From positions 126,433 to 190,432 of the forward strand of contig JACOEK010000006.1 in NCBI GenBank assembly GCA_024998595.1: DNA of 64,000 nt. The letters run 5' to 3'. Within the stretch, counting starts at the first letter, position 1, and each line of letters starts with the position of its first letter. The position numbers and the translations under genes are program-made. The stretch comes from Nitrospira sp. GTDB lineage: Bacteria; Nitrospirota; Nitrospiria; Nitrospirales; Nitrospiraceae. Of this stretch, positions 46,101-54,300 are shown piece by piece. A model generated the notes under the pieces. It saw only the letters and a program-made list of their open reading frames with translations. It did not search any database and was not told where the DNA came from.

Positions 46101-47387
46101 CTCGGCCAGTGCCTCATCACCCTCCATCACCGAGATCTGCTGCGCGAACATCTCAGCGGCACCCGTCTCGGACTGGGCAATCTTTTCGGCATTCCACTCG
46201 ACATTGACCATTTCCTGGCCGATGCCGTTGCAGCACAATATACGGATGTCACGGCCCTAGAGGATGAACTCACACACTGCGGAACAATGGTGGTAATCCT
46301 CACCGCCGGACAAGAAAGCCCTGACTGTTCGATTCCCGCCCCTCCGTTGACGCTCTTAAATGAACTGATCGCTCGGCTGGGATCCAAAGGCAGGAAAGTC
46401 ATGCTACCGTCGTCTACATTGACCGCCGGCCAGGTTGCACCGCCGACCCTACGCGCCAGTTGGCAACAACTTGCGCACCTCTGCCAAGCAGGCCAGGCTA
46501 TTCACGAGCCTGGTGCCGTCATGCTTCCGGCGCTTGCACGCGCAATGTCCACCCGTGCTCGATTCGAGCGCGATCAACTCCGCCACAAACAGGCCATTGG
46601 TACCACGAGTTACCGACGGCTGTGGGCGGCGCAAACCGATCTCACTCGCGCACTCGATGAGTTGCCGGCGCATTGGCACTCTATCGATCAGCTCTATCAA
46701 CTGTTGCAGCCGCTTGACGGCAATCTTGCGCTCCTGGACATCGGATGCGGGATGCATTCCTTTGCCCGGCTGCTCCTGCTGAATCTTTCGTACCGCCTGC
46801 GCGCCCAAACATGGCACCATACCAAACCCCTCCGGTACGTCGGCATGGACTTCTCCGCTACCGCACTGCAGGCTGCACGAGCCTCGACAAAAGAGGCACT
46901 GCAACACCTCGACAAACTGTTTTCCGGACGCATCTCACCGCCCACTCCCGTCACCCAACAATGGGTGCTCGGCGCGTCTGTAGAAACGCTGCCCTTTGCG
47001 GACCGATCATTTGACCGTGTGGTGGCGAACCTCTCTCTCAGTTTTGCGCGTTCACCGATACACACGCTGCGAGAATTCTTCCGTGTTCTTCGCCCGGGCG
47101 GAAAACTTATCTTGAGCACCTTCACCCCTACCGCAGACATAGCCCGCCTCTACCGACCGGCCTTACATGAACTCGGCATCGACACTTTTTCAGGAGCGCC
47201 ACGTTTGGCCTTACACCGCATGGCGCAATGCTCTGTGGCATTACGTACAGGTCAATTACATACGTTTGAAGAGGATACTCTGAGCACCCAGCTTTCCCGC
47301 TTCACACCTGTTCCCCCACGACTCGTTCGCACGCTCTCCGGACAGATCATGCTCGCCGCCGCTGAAAAACCGGATTCCTCTAGCTGA
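43185..47387 (+). CDS. 1400-aa multidomain signalling enzyme: REC-PAS-degenerate HisKA/HATPase-PilZ-PilZ-LuxD-like alpha/beta hydrolase-SAM methyltransferase
   Basis: REC (D67, T95, K117); PAS (ELDAEGRFVYVSP...LGYTAEELAG); VSRQLQQPL at the H-box; two RxxxR plus NxSxxG pairs; GFHVLRYDHSRHIGLSDG; LLDIGCG...FADRSFD...VLRPGG. Confidence 0.85.
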   Translation: MKAMRSSMSLLEPSLHILLINENPDEIKLVTTSLRSFFVGCRIEAGYSSEDALAFSRQGDWHIILVDQDLNPERGLELLARLRRNAPYAAILLQTNESDSQTAVQALQHGADFLLFKRSPGFITELLFSVQEALEKRDLQMKLDHTFQRHLRVIETLSDLLYELDAEGRFVYVSPTVTVMLGYTAEELAGRHYSLLLPPQQEPAARFRLNERRAGSRSIRQVEYTLYRKPLPDSPPVPIIVEVTAKGLFDSTNRYLGTVGLLRDLSQQKAQQIRLAELESRLQETDRQLTLSREAARVSRQLQQPLTSLLQDSQRLLTSIQHSRIEQHVETMIAQASQASQLGHQLAEAIRAHPIEFVPLDLNDVLQTVVQTAQGEAGESGLLLATHFAGNLPIILGSRSALENLAHILLTYARHYTVQNMPHRLILQTAPLTMETRGAIPQEVTPPSRHVQTYASFTIRGRVGDLRLAPDSTQGCDHPAESLVQAHQIVQVHRGALEVEHTPDRSLAITVRIPASDDLSLTPQHRESPPPPTSPTQFDVHYPSRYVPGQRHERRRSERKPFSLPVQLSIGGTTLRGLLRNMSTEGALLTIRGMETSIHLQPAYVVIKTPVSFLELQGVVHERPSAGLPLPAIKEFVIAFALAVDHERNVLRSLLEGLQDGSPQITFEGLILPPSLGTVGPTTDLMSSLPIPEDRREAVRLSMSCPVQVDESQGSPTRWFGLIVNLSLDGACLELPSDVVLAGLPQVIQLSLVESIEILPHSSQSQGSDQRLTGHIVWRRAAERTPAPSLAATGEQIGIRFDSLSPAQEQRLRGLMEPAFHAGQDPAEQQSDAPVLTVPHTLQNRDGYTIALRHDFPALGGGEHDPLVLLCPGYGTTQHAYVALAYTLACRGFHVLRYDHSRHIGLSDGDPSQTTFTSLEDDLDAVLTFAQDNWPERPLTLLAPDLLGRIALRRRDWHRRLRRLLLLNPILDLGQCLITLHHRDLLREHLSGTRLGLGNLFGIPLDIDHFLADAVAAQYTDVTALEDELTHCGTMVVILTAGQESPDCSIPAPPLTLLNELIARLGSKGRKVMLPSSTLTAGQVAPPTLRASWQQLAHLCQAGQAIHEPGAVMLPALARAMSTRARFERDQLRHKQAIGTTSYRRLWAAQTDLTRALDELPAHWHSIDQLYQLLQPLDGNLALLDIGCGMHSFARLLLLNLSYRLRAQTWHHTKPLRYVGMDFSATALQAARASTKEALQHLDKLFSGRISPPTPVTQQWVLGASVETLPFADRSFDRVVANLSLSFARSPIHTLREFFRVLRPGGKLILSTFTPTADIARLYRPALHELGIDTFSGAPRLALHRMAQCSVALRTGQLHTFEEDTLSTQLSRFTPVPPRLVRTLSGQIMLAAAEKPDSSS

Positions 47388-47411
47388 AACAAAAGGGCGC
47401 ATATATACTTC

Positions 47412-47439
47412 ACTCACTAGCATAAATCGTGCAGTGAGT
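47412..47439. promoter_or_regulatory. Inverted repeat between the fusion gene and the kinase gene
   Basis: ACTCACT-a-GCA-taaatcg-TGC-AGTGAGT; function unknown (operator or RNA hairpin). Confidence 0.35.
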
Positions 47440-47493
47440 CAGGCGACACCACGGCAAACCTGGTGTCTGGATTGATATTCCCCCCACGGGACT

Positions 47494-48777
47494 ATGACGC
47501 TCCACCCGAACAACCGGCACATGCCCGTCCTTTCAGCATCCATGGATATCATCCGACTGATCGCGGACTTTGCTCACACTCTGGGATCTGCGAGGGATCT
47601 GTCAGTGCTCGGAGATCCAATTGTGGCGACCCTTTCGCAGTGCACCAGACTGCCCGAAGCGGCATTATGGATACGTGAGTCGGAGGAGGGTCAGTATCGT
47701 CTCCTGGTGTCTCACGGCCACAGCAATCCCTCTCCATTACCATCGACTTTTCCCGTTGGTCACCCGTTCGTCACAGCTCTTTCCCGGAAGCCATACGTGA
47801 TTCAGGCCGACCAAGAACGCTCCTCACCGACGTACTTGGCCATGACGACGGTCCGAGCAACCCTCTGTCTCGCACTACGGAACAAGGGACGACTCCTCGG
47901 GCTCTGCATCCTGGGTCCGCTCGGCATGGAAAAGCATCTCGACGAAGAGACCATGGCCATCGTTGAGACGATCGCGCACATCGCAGCCAACAGTCTCGAT
48001 CATTACTTGGCGCAAGACGACCTCCGCCGTTCGACCACGTTGATGCGACGGACAGATCGACTTCGTTCTTTGGAAATCATGGCCGGCGGGTTTGCCCATG
48101 AAATTCGCAACCCCCTCACATCCATCAAGACGTTTGTCCAGCTGGCCCCGCAACGGCAGCAGGATCCGGTCTTCATCAAAGAGTTCAGCAAACTGGCCAT
48201 AGAAGACATTCACCGCATCGAACGCCTGCTCCATGAGATTCTCGACTATGCCAGCTACATGACCCCTCGACCCACCGAGGTAGACGTGAACGAACTCGTC
48301 GCCTCCTGCATCGGCTTCGTTTCGTCGAGCGCGGCGCACCGCGGCATTCAATTACAGACTGATTTGTCACCTCAGCTCCCGCCGCTTTCGCTTGATCGTC
48401 AACAAATCAAACAAGTCCTGTTGAATCTGCTGTTGAATGCTCTGGATGCGATGCCGAACGGCAATGGAGTCATTCGGATCCATACGCGCCTCCTGACGCA
48501 GGCGGGCCGGCCGTCCTGTGTGCAATTGCAAGTCGAGGACGAAGGATGCGGTATCGCACCCGACCACCTCGAACATATTTTCGATCCCTTTTTCAGCACC
48601 AAACATTCCAATAGCGCCAGCGACGGAGCCGGACTCGGGCTGACGACCGCGCATCAGATTGTCAGGGAACATAGCGGCACCCTCACGGTTGAAAGCCGCG
48701 TGGGAGCGGGCTCCACTTTTTCCGTGAATCTTCCAGTTCCGGATACAGGCCTCACAGTGCCAGCAGCACGGGAGTAA
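47494..48777 (+). CDS. Soluble GAF-domain sensor histidine kinase
   Basis: N-terminal GAF-like region with no TM; AGGFAHEIRNPLTSIK, QVLLNLLLNA, DEGCGI, FDPFFSTK, GAGLGL. Confidence 0.93.
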   Translation: MTLHPNNRHMPVLSASMDIIRLIADFAHTLGSARDLSVLGDPIVATLSQCTRLPEAALWIRESEEGQYRLLVSHGHSNPSPLPSTFPVGHPFVTALSRKPYVIQADQERSSPTYLAMTTVRATLCLALRNKGRLLGLCILGPLGMEKHLDEETMAIVETIAHIAANSLDHYLAQDDLRRSTTLMRRTDRLRSLEIMAGGFAHEIRNPLTSIKTFVQLAPQRQQDPVFIKEFSKLAIEDIHRIERLLHEILDYASYMTPRPTEVDVNELVASCIGFVSSSAAHRGIQLQTDLSPQLPPLSLDRQQIKQVLLNLLLNALDAMPNGNGVIRIHTRLLTQAGRPSCVQLQVEDEGCGIAPDHLEHIFDPFFSTKHSNSASDGAGLGLTTAHQIVREHSGTLTVESRVGAGSTFSVNLPVPDTGLTVPAARE

Positions 48778-48778
48778 C

Positions 48779-50191
48779 ATGAAAAAACGAGTACTACTTG
48801 TCGATGATGAGCCGCGTGTCCGGGCCTCGCTGAGAACGGTGCTGGAACCGACGTATGAAATTCTCGAGGCGGCGGATGCTGCCGAGGGCCTCCGGAGTTT
48901 CAAGCACGATGCTCCCGATCTGGTCCTCCTGGATGTGATCCTGCCGGGAGCCGACGGTCTGTCCGCGCTACAGACAATGCGAACCGAAAATCGAGCCGTT
49001 CCGGTGATTATGCTGACCGGCACCAAAGCAGTGAAAACAGCCGTCGATGCCATGAAGCTTGGGGCCGCCGACTATTTGTCCAAACCATTCGACGTCGAGG
49101 AACTTCAGATTGTCATCGAGCGAACGCTGGGCAAGCAGGAGCTGGAGCAGGAAGTCCGTCAATTGCGCGCCCAGGTTGTGCAGCGATATGCCTTCCACAA
49201 CCTCATCGGCAAAAGCCCCTCCATGCAGGAAATCTATGCCAAAATCGAGCAAGTGGCCGATAGCCGCACAACCGTGCTGGTCACCGGTGAGAGTGGAACC
49301 GGAAAAGAACTGGTCGCGAAAGCGATTCACTACAACAGCGCCAGGCGCGAACGCCCATTCATCGCACTGAATTGCGCGGCCCTGCCTGAAACGCTCATCG
49401 AAAGCGAGTTGTTCGGCCATGAAAAAGGTTCGTTTACTGACGCCACGGCACGACGCGTGGGACAGTTCGAGCTGGCGCACACGGGCACGCTGTTTCTGGA
49501 TGAAATCGGCGACCTCAGTCCGGCAACACAGGCGAAGCTGTTGCGTGTATTGCAGGAACGGGAATTCACGAGAGTCGGTGGGGTCCAGTCCATCAAGGTC
49601 GATGTCAGGATCGTGGCCGCGACCAACAAAAACCTCGATGAGATGGTCAGAAAAAACCAGTTCCGCGAAGACTTGTACTACCGCATCAACGTGATTGCGC
49701 TCTACCTCCCGCCGTTGCGCGAACGAGGCGAGGATATTGCCCTGCTGGCTAAGCACTTTCTTTCGAAACGCATTGAGGAAGAAAAACGCCCCCCCCAGGA
49801 ATTCACCAAAGACGCACTCGAGTTGATTTCACATTATCCTTGGCCGGGCAACGTGCGCGAGATGGAGAACATCATCGAACAGGCGTTCATCTGGTCGAAA
49901 GGTTCCACGGTGATCACACCGGAGCATTTGCCGAACATTTTGCGGACCGATACCCGCTCATCATCCCTCCGGGATGACACCCTCGCCGGACGATTGTCAT
50001 TGGAAAAGGCCGTCATGGAGTTCGAACGCGAAATCATTCTGGATGCGCTCAAGCGAACGACATACGTACAAACTCATGCGGCCACCATGCTGGGAATCAG
50101 CCGTCGCATGCTGAAGTATCGCATGGACACCTTGGGAATCAGCAGGCCCGACAGCGGTGGGCAGGCCGAATCTCCATTGCCTCAGGAATGA
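48779..50191 (+). CDS. Sigma54-dependent response regulator (NtrC/AtoC family)
   Basis: REC domain; GESGTGKE, ESELFGHEKGSFTDA, LFLDEIG, FREDLYYR, WPGNVRE; C-terminal Fis HTH. Confidence 0.96.
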   Translation: MKKRVLLVDDEPRVRASLRTVLEPTYEILEAADAAEGLRSFKHDAPDLVLLDVILPGADGLSALQTMRTENRAVPVIMLTGTKAVKTAVDAMKLGAADYLSKPFDVEELQIVIERTLGKQELEQEVRQLRAQVVQRYAFHNLIGKSPSMQEIYAKIEQVADSRTTVLVTGESGTGKELVAKAIHYNSARRERPFIALNCAALPETLIESELFGHEKGSFTDATARRVGQFELAHTGTLFLDEIGDLSPATQAKLLRVLQEREFTRVGGVQSIKVDVRIVAATNKNLDEMVRKNQFREDLYYRINVIALYLPPLRERGEDIALLAKHFLSKRIEEEKRPPQEFTKDALELISHYPWPGNVREMENIIEQAFIWSKGSTVITPEHLPNILRTDTRSSSLRDDTLAGRLSLEKAVMEFEREIILDALKRTTYVQTHAATMLGISRRMLKYRMDTLGISRPDSGGQAESPLPQE

Positions 50192-50319
50192 CACAGGTTG
50201 GCACAGCAGGAGCTGCATCTGTCTCATATTGTTCACGGCCCAGCAGGCCACGCATCAAATATCTTGTGGCCTGAAGCAAAGAGACCTGCTATATATTGGC
50301 CGTTTCATGCACACATGAG

Positions 50320-50335
50320 CGGTACAGGTTTTGCT
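50320..50335 (+). promoter_or_regulatory. Candidate sigma54 (-24/-12) promoter
   Basis: CGGTACAGGTTTTGCT: GG-N10-GC with TTGCT at -12, 45 nt before ATG 50380. Confidence 0.5.
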
Positions 50336-50379
50336 TTTACTATTTCCTGAAGTTCGCAATGCACCCGGGAGCGCTCTGG

Positions 50380-51522
50380 ATGGGAACTCAGGCACCACCT
50401 GAACAGATCAGCCTAAAACCCTCGGTCCTGGTCGTCGATGATGAAACAGGCCCGCGGGACGCGCTGAAAGTTATTCTTCGCCCCTTCTTCACCATCCACT
50501 CAGCCGACAACGCCAAATCCGCGCTTCGGGTTCTGAAAGACCAGCACATCGATCTCATCACGCTGGATCAAAAATTACCCGACCGCCAGGGTATCGACCT
50601 GCTACAGGACATCAAGCAGGATTACGCAGACATCGAAGTCATCATCATTACCGGCTATGGCAGCCTGAAGTCGGCTATGGAAGGGATCCGGCACGGCGCG
50701 GCCGGCTATCTCCTCAAGCCGTTCAACGTGACCGAACTCATCACGCTGATCAACCAGACCTTGGAGAAAAAGCAGCGGCTGGACTACTTGCGATCGTTTC
50801 TGAAAACTTCGACCGCCTTGTGGGGCAACGAACAGGAAGTGGCGCAAGCGTGGAAGGATCTGCAATCGCACTACTTCGCGATCGGCAATGCCTCAACTGA
50901 ATCACATGGAAGTGCGGCGGACGTCACGGCGCTCATTCCATTGTTATCCGATTTGCTCGAAGCCAAGGACCGGCAGCTCCTCAACCATTGCAGCCGTGTG
51001 AGTTTCTATGCCTCGCTTCTCGCCAACCAGCTGACTCTCCCGCTACCCGATCAGAAGGCCCTGGCGCTGGGAGCCTTTCTCCACGATATCGGCAAGATCA
51101 GCCTCTCCAATTATAAGTACTCCGCGGATGATGATGAGAACCTGAAAACCAACACCCATTCGAGGGAGTGCTTCGAAGCGGGAGCCCGGATGCTGTTACC
51201 GCTCGGATTCCAGGCCGAGGTCGGACAAATCGTGGCTTATCATCAAGAACGCTTTGATGGTGTCGGCAACCCACATGGGCTGGAGGGCGAGGGCATCCCG
51301 ATTCTGGCACGTATCGTCGCCATTGCACAGGCATTCGACAACCTGACGGTAGATATGCCTGGGCACCAACCGACCTCCATCGATGAGGCTATTCGACAAA
51401 TCTTACTGCAGGCCGATACATACTTCGATCCCAAGCTGACGGAGCTCTTCGCTCAAGTGGTGCGGGAATGCAAGTCTTCTCTGCCGGCGCTCGCGATTGC
51501 CAAAACCTCGCCGACGAACTGA
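50380..51522 (+). CDS. Response regulator with a degenerate HD-GYP-like domain
   Basis: REC (VVDDE, LDQKL, LLKPF); NHCSRV, LHDIGK, YHQERFDGVGNP, IAQAFD; GGGAG SD before 50380. Confidence 0.88.
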   Translation: MGTQAPPEQISLKPSVLVVDDETGPRDALKVILRPFFTIHSADNAKSALRVLKDQHIDLITLDQKLPDRQGIDLLQDIKQDYADIEVIIITGYGSLKSAMEGIRHGAAGYLLKPFNVTELITLINQTLEKKQRLDYLRSFLKTSTALWGNEQEVAQAWKDLQSHYFAIGNASTESHGSAADVTALIPLLSDLLEAKDRQLLNHCSRVSFYASLLANQLTLPLPDQKALALGAFLHDIGKISLSNYKYSADDDENLKTNTHSRECFEAGARMLLPLGFQAEVGQIVAYHQERFDGVGNPHGLEGEGIPILARIVAIAQAFDNLTVDMPGHQPTSIDEAIRQILLQADTYFDPKLTELFAQVVRECKSSLPALAIAKTSPTN

Positions 51523-51530
51523 TCCTTCCG

Positions 51531-53216
51531 TTACCGCCGATCCTTCGCGCTCGCAATCATGTCAGCCGCCGCCGCCCGCGCATTTTTGGTCACCGTCACG
51601 CCCGCCAACATCCGCGCTACTTCGGCTTCCTGTTCGTCCGGGCTCAGTAACCGGACCTGCGTTACGGTTCGATTGTGTCGAACCTGCTTTTCCACGAGGT
51701 AATGCGCATGTGCTTGAGAGGCCACCTGGGGAAGATGTGTGACGCACAACACCTGATGGTGTCGACTGAGACTCCTGAGCCGCGCGCCCATCACCTCTGC
51801 GACCGCCCCTCCGACACCGGCATCCACTTCATCAAAAATCAGGACCGGCACTCGATCGCTCTCAGCCAGAATCGTTTTCAACGCGAGCATGACCCGAGAC
51901 AATTCTCCTCCCGAGGCCACCTTGGCCAGCGGCTTGAGCGGTTCCCCCGGATTCGCTGAAAACACGAACTCTACCGTATCCTGACCTGTCTGACTAAAGG
52001 GTGCATCACCCGACAGGCGCGAGACCTCCACCCCAAAACGGGTCCGCTCCATACGGAGTGCGCCCAATTCCTTCATCACCTGAACCGTTAATTTCTTGGC
52101 CGCTTCAAGCCGCTTGCGAGACAGACGCTCTGCAACATCGCGTAGGCTGAACGCCCCTTTCTCGACCGCGCGCGTCAACTCCTGCAGGTGGGTGCCGGCA
52201 TCATCCAGTTGGGCCAGTTGAACTCGCAGGGACTCCTGTAAAGTCAGCACGGCATCGAGCGAGCCCCCATATTTTTTTATCAGTCGATGTAACCGGTCCA
52301 GGCGCTGCTCAATCTCCAGCAATCGGCCAGGATTGGCCTCTACTTGATCGCGGTACCGGCGAACTTGCTCAGCCAGGTCCCTCAATGGAACGACCGCGTC
52401 ATCCACGGTCTTGGTCCATTCAATCGTCGTGGCATCGACCGACTCCATTCTGGATGTCAACTTGCGGGCACCAGCCAGCAGACTTAACACTCCTTGGTCG
52501 CCTGCGTAGAGCATCTCATGGAGTTGGTCAGACAACTCACCGAGTTGCTGGCTGTGCATCAACCGTGGACGCTCCTGGTCAAGCCGGACATCTTCGCCTG
52601 CCTCGATTCCCGCATCTGTAATCTCCTGGAACTGAAACCGCAGCAGATCCTCCCGTTCGCGACGCTGCGCGATCTGTGCAGTCATGGATTCCAGTTCGGC
52701 CACCCGGTCCTGCCAATGTTTATGCGCGATGTGATAGTCCTGCCGGAGTGCGTGAAGCCTACCGAATGCGTCCAGCGCGTCCATTTGGGCAGAAGGCGAC
52801 AACAGCGATTGCTGTTCGTGTTGTCCGTGCACGTCGACCAACGCGCCGCCCAGTTCTTCCAGAAGGTGGACCGGGCAGAGGTTACCGTTCAGATAGGTCC
52901 GGTTGCGACCCGTGCGTGAGATGACTCGCCGAATGAGAATATCCGTCTCGCCGGCGCGCGCAAAGCCCTTGCTCTGTAGCAACTCAAGAAGGGGATGGTC
53001 CGGAGTCAGCACACAGGCGGCTTCAAGCTCGGCTTCTTCGGCCTGAGCCCGAATCTGATCGGTAGAAGCACGACCTCCGACCAGAAGGGTGACCGCATCG
53101 ATGAGGAGGGATTTTCCGGCGCCGGTTTCACCGGTAAGCACAATGAAACCGGCGCCAAAGGTGACGGCCAGCTGCTCGATCACACCAAAATTCGAGATGC
53201 GCAGCTCGGTCAGCAT
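51531..53216 (-). CDS. recN: DNA repair protein RecN
   Basis: LTGETGAGKS, VDVHGQH, ASGGELSR, LIFDEVDAGVGG, VTHLPQVA. Confidence 0.97.
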   Translation of the reverse strand: MLTELRISNFGVIEQLAVTFGAGFIVLTGETGAGKSLLIDAVTLLVGGRASTDQIRAQAEEAELEAACVLTPDHPLLELLQSKGFARAGETDILIRRVISRTGRNRTYLNGNLCPVHLLEELGGALVDVHGQHEQQSLLSPSAQMDALDAFGRLHALRQDYHIAHKHWQDRVAELESMTAQIAQRREREDLLRFQFQEITDAGIEAGEDVRLDQERPRLMHSQQLGELSDQLHEMLYAGDQGVLSLLAGARKLTSRMESVDATTIEWTKTVDDAVVPLRDLAEQVRRYRDQVEANPGRLLEIEQRLDRLHRLIKKYGGSLDAVLTLQESLRVQLAQLDDAGTHLQELTRAVEKGAFSLRDVAERLSRKRLEAAKKLTVQVMKELGALRMERTRFGVEVSRLSGDAPFSQTGQDTVEFVFSANPGEPLKPLAKVASGGELSRVMLALKTILAESDRVPVLIFDEVDAGVGGAVAEVMGARLRSLSRHHQVLCVTHLPQVASQAHAHYLVEKQVRHNRTVTQVRLLSPDEQEAEVARMLAGVTVTKNARAAAADMIASAKDRR

Positions 53217-53234
53217 GCCGCTGAGAGTCTGGCG

Positions 53235-53582
53235 CTAGGCAGCGCCGGAATGTTGAGCAAGAAGCGTATCGATGATCTCTTTAAATTGGCGTTTAGGACG
53301 CGCACCGACCAGCCGTTCTACGGCCTGACCGTTTTTGAAAAACAGAATGGTCGGAATACTCATCACTTGATAACGGCCCGCGATTTCGGGGTTTTCATCG
53401 GTATTGAGTTTACGGACTTTTATTTTGCCCGCATATTCCGTTGCAAGTTCATCGACGATCGGAGCGACCATCTGACAAGGGCCGCACCACACCGCCCAAA
53501 AATCTACCATGACCAATTCGGATGCCTTCATGACATCCTCATCCCACGTTGCATCAGTCGCTTTCAAAGCATCGCCTGCCAC
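53235..53582 (-). CDS. trxA: Thioredoxin
   Basis: VDFWAVWCGPC; AAGGAGG SD before GTG 53582. Confidence 0.97.
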   Translation of the reverse strand: MAGDALKATDATWDEDVMKASELVMVDFWAVWCGPCQMVAPIVDELATEYAGKIKVRKLNTDENPEIAGRYQVMSIPTILFFKNGQAVERLVGARPKRQFKEIIDTLLAQHSGAA

Positions 53583-53653
53583 AATACCCTCCTTCTCTAC
53601 CCACGCACTGCTATCTGATCCACGTCCTGAAGCGGCTTCAGGCACTGTTCGTC

Positions 53654-53683
53654 ATCCTATAACATGGTTTTGCGGAGAGTCAA
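53654..53683 (-). promoter_or_regulatory. Sigma70 promoter of trxA-recN
   Basis: TTGACT-N18-TAGGAT. Confidence 0.5.
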
Positions 53684-53684
53684 A

Positions 53685-54251
53685 TCACGGCCTCACCCAT
53701 TGCCACTGAGGAGGCGCGGCAGACCACCACTCACCCGGTCTTGCTTGCCGCCATGCCGCCTGCTCCTGCCAAAGCTGGTTGACCAGCGGCTCATCCAAGC
53801 GAGCCGCCATAGCCGCGGTGATATCAGCCTGCCGCTGCACGGCCTGCTGGATCAACTCCTTCGCAATCCGCGCCAGGACATCCGGCGGATCGAGTAAATC
53901 CTCCACTCGTCCCGTGGATAAATTCAGATAGAGATGCTCGACGCGAACCCATTGATCGGTACTCGCCAAGTGCTGCAGATAGCCGTCGAGAGCATGGTAC
54001 GCATAGGTCAGATACACATAGCTACGAGCGGAGGGCGCATCCCGTACTTCTGCCTGACAGGCCTCCAGCGCCTGGCGGTAATCACCAGCCCGCAAGAACA
54101 CGGCTGCTCGTTCCAGGTGCACTCTGTGTTCTGCCGCGGAAAGACCGGGCGGATATATCTCCTGGCCGGCGATCGTCAATAACAGCAGGCCGGTTGCGAG
54201 GAGGATACGCAGGCTGCGTCGGGCTACGATTGCCTTGTTCCTTGCGGTCAT
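53685..54251 (-). CDS. Hypothetical exported TPR-like protein
   Basis: Signal-like segment followed by AAVFLRAGDYRQAL helical repeat; start placed at ATG 54251. Confidence 0.65.
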   Translation of the reverse strand: MTARNKAIVARRSLRILLATGLLLLTIAGQEIYPPGLSAAEHRVHLERAAVFLRAGDYRQALEACQAEVRDAPSARSYVYLTYAYHALDGYLQHLASTDQWVRVEHLYLNLSTGRVEDLLDPPDVLARIAKELIQQAVQRQADITAAMAARLDEPLVNQLWQEQAAWRQARPGEWWSAAPPQWQWVRP

Positions 54252-54300
54252 GCTTGGGAACCTCGTCACAGGGCCCGGTAAGAATACACCTGAGCTGTAC

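Noticed and set aside
47445-47500. Possible c-di-GMP-I (GEMM) riboswitch suggested by GGCAAACC...GGGAC upstream of the kinase
   Set aside because: There is no GNRA-capped P2 between the motifs and no GCAAAGC after GGGAC, and the GGCAAACC sits in the loop of a simple GACACCA/TGGTGTC hairpin. An Infernal RF01051 scan would settle it.
50198-50214. Second sigma54 promoter candidate TTGGCACAGCAGGAGCT
   Set aside because: GG-N10-GC spacing is right, but the -12 element lacks the TT of TTGC; the 50320 site fits better.
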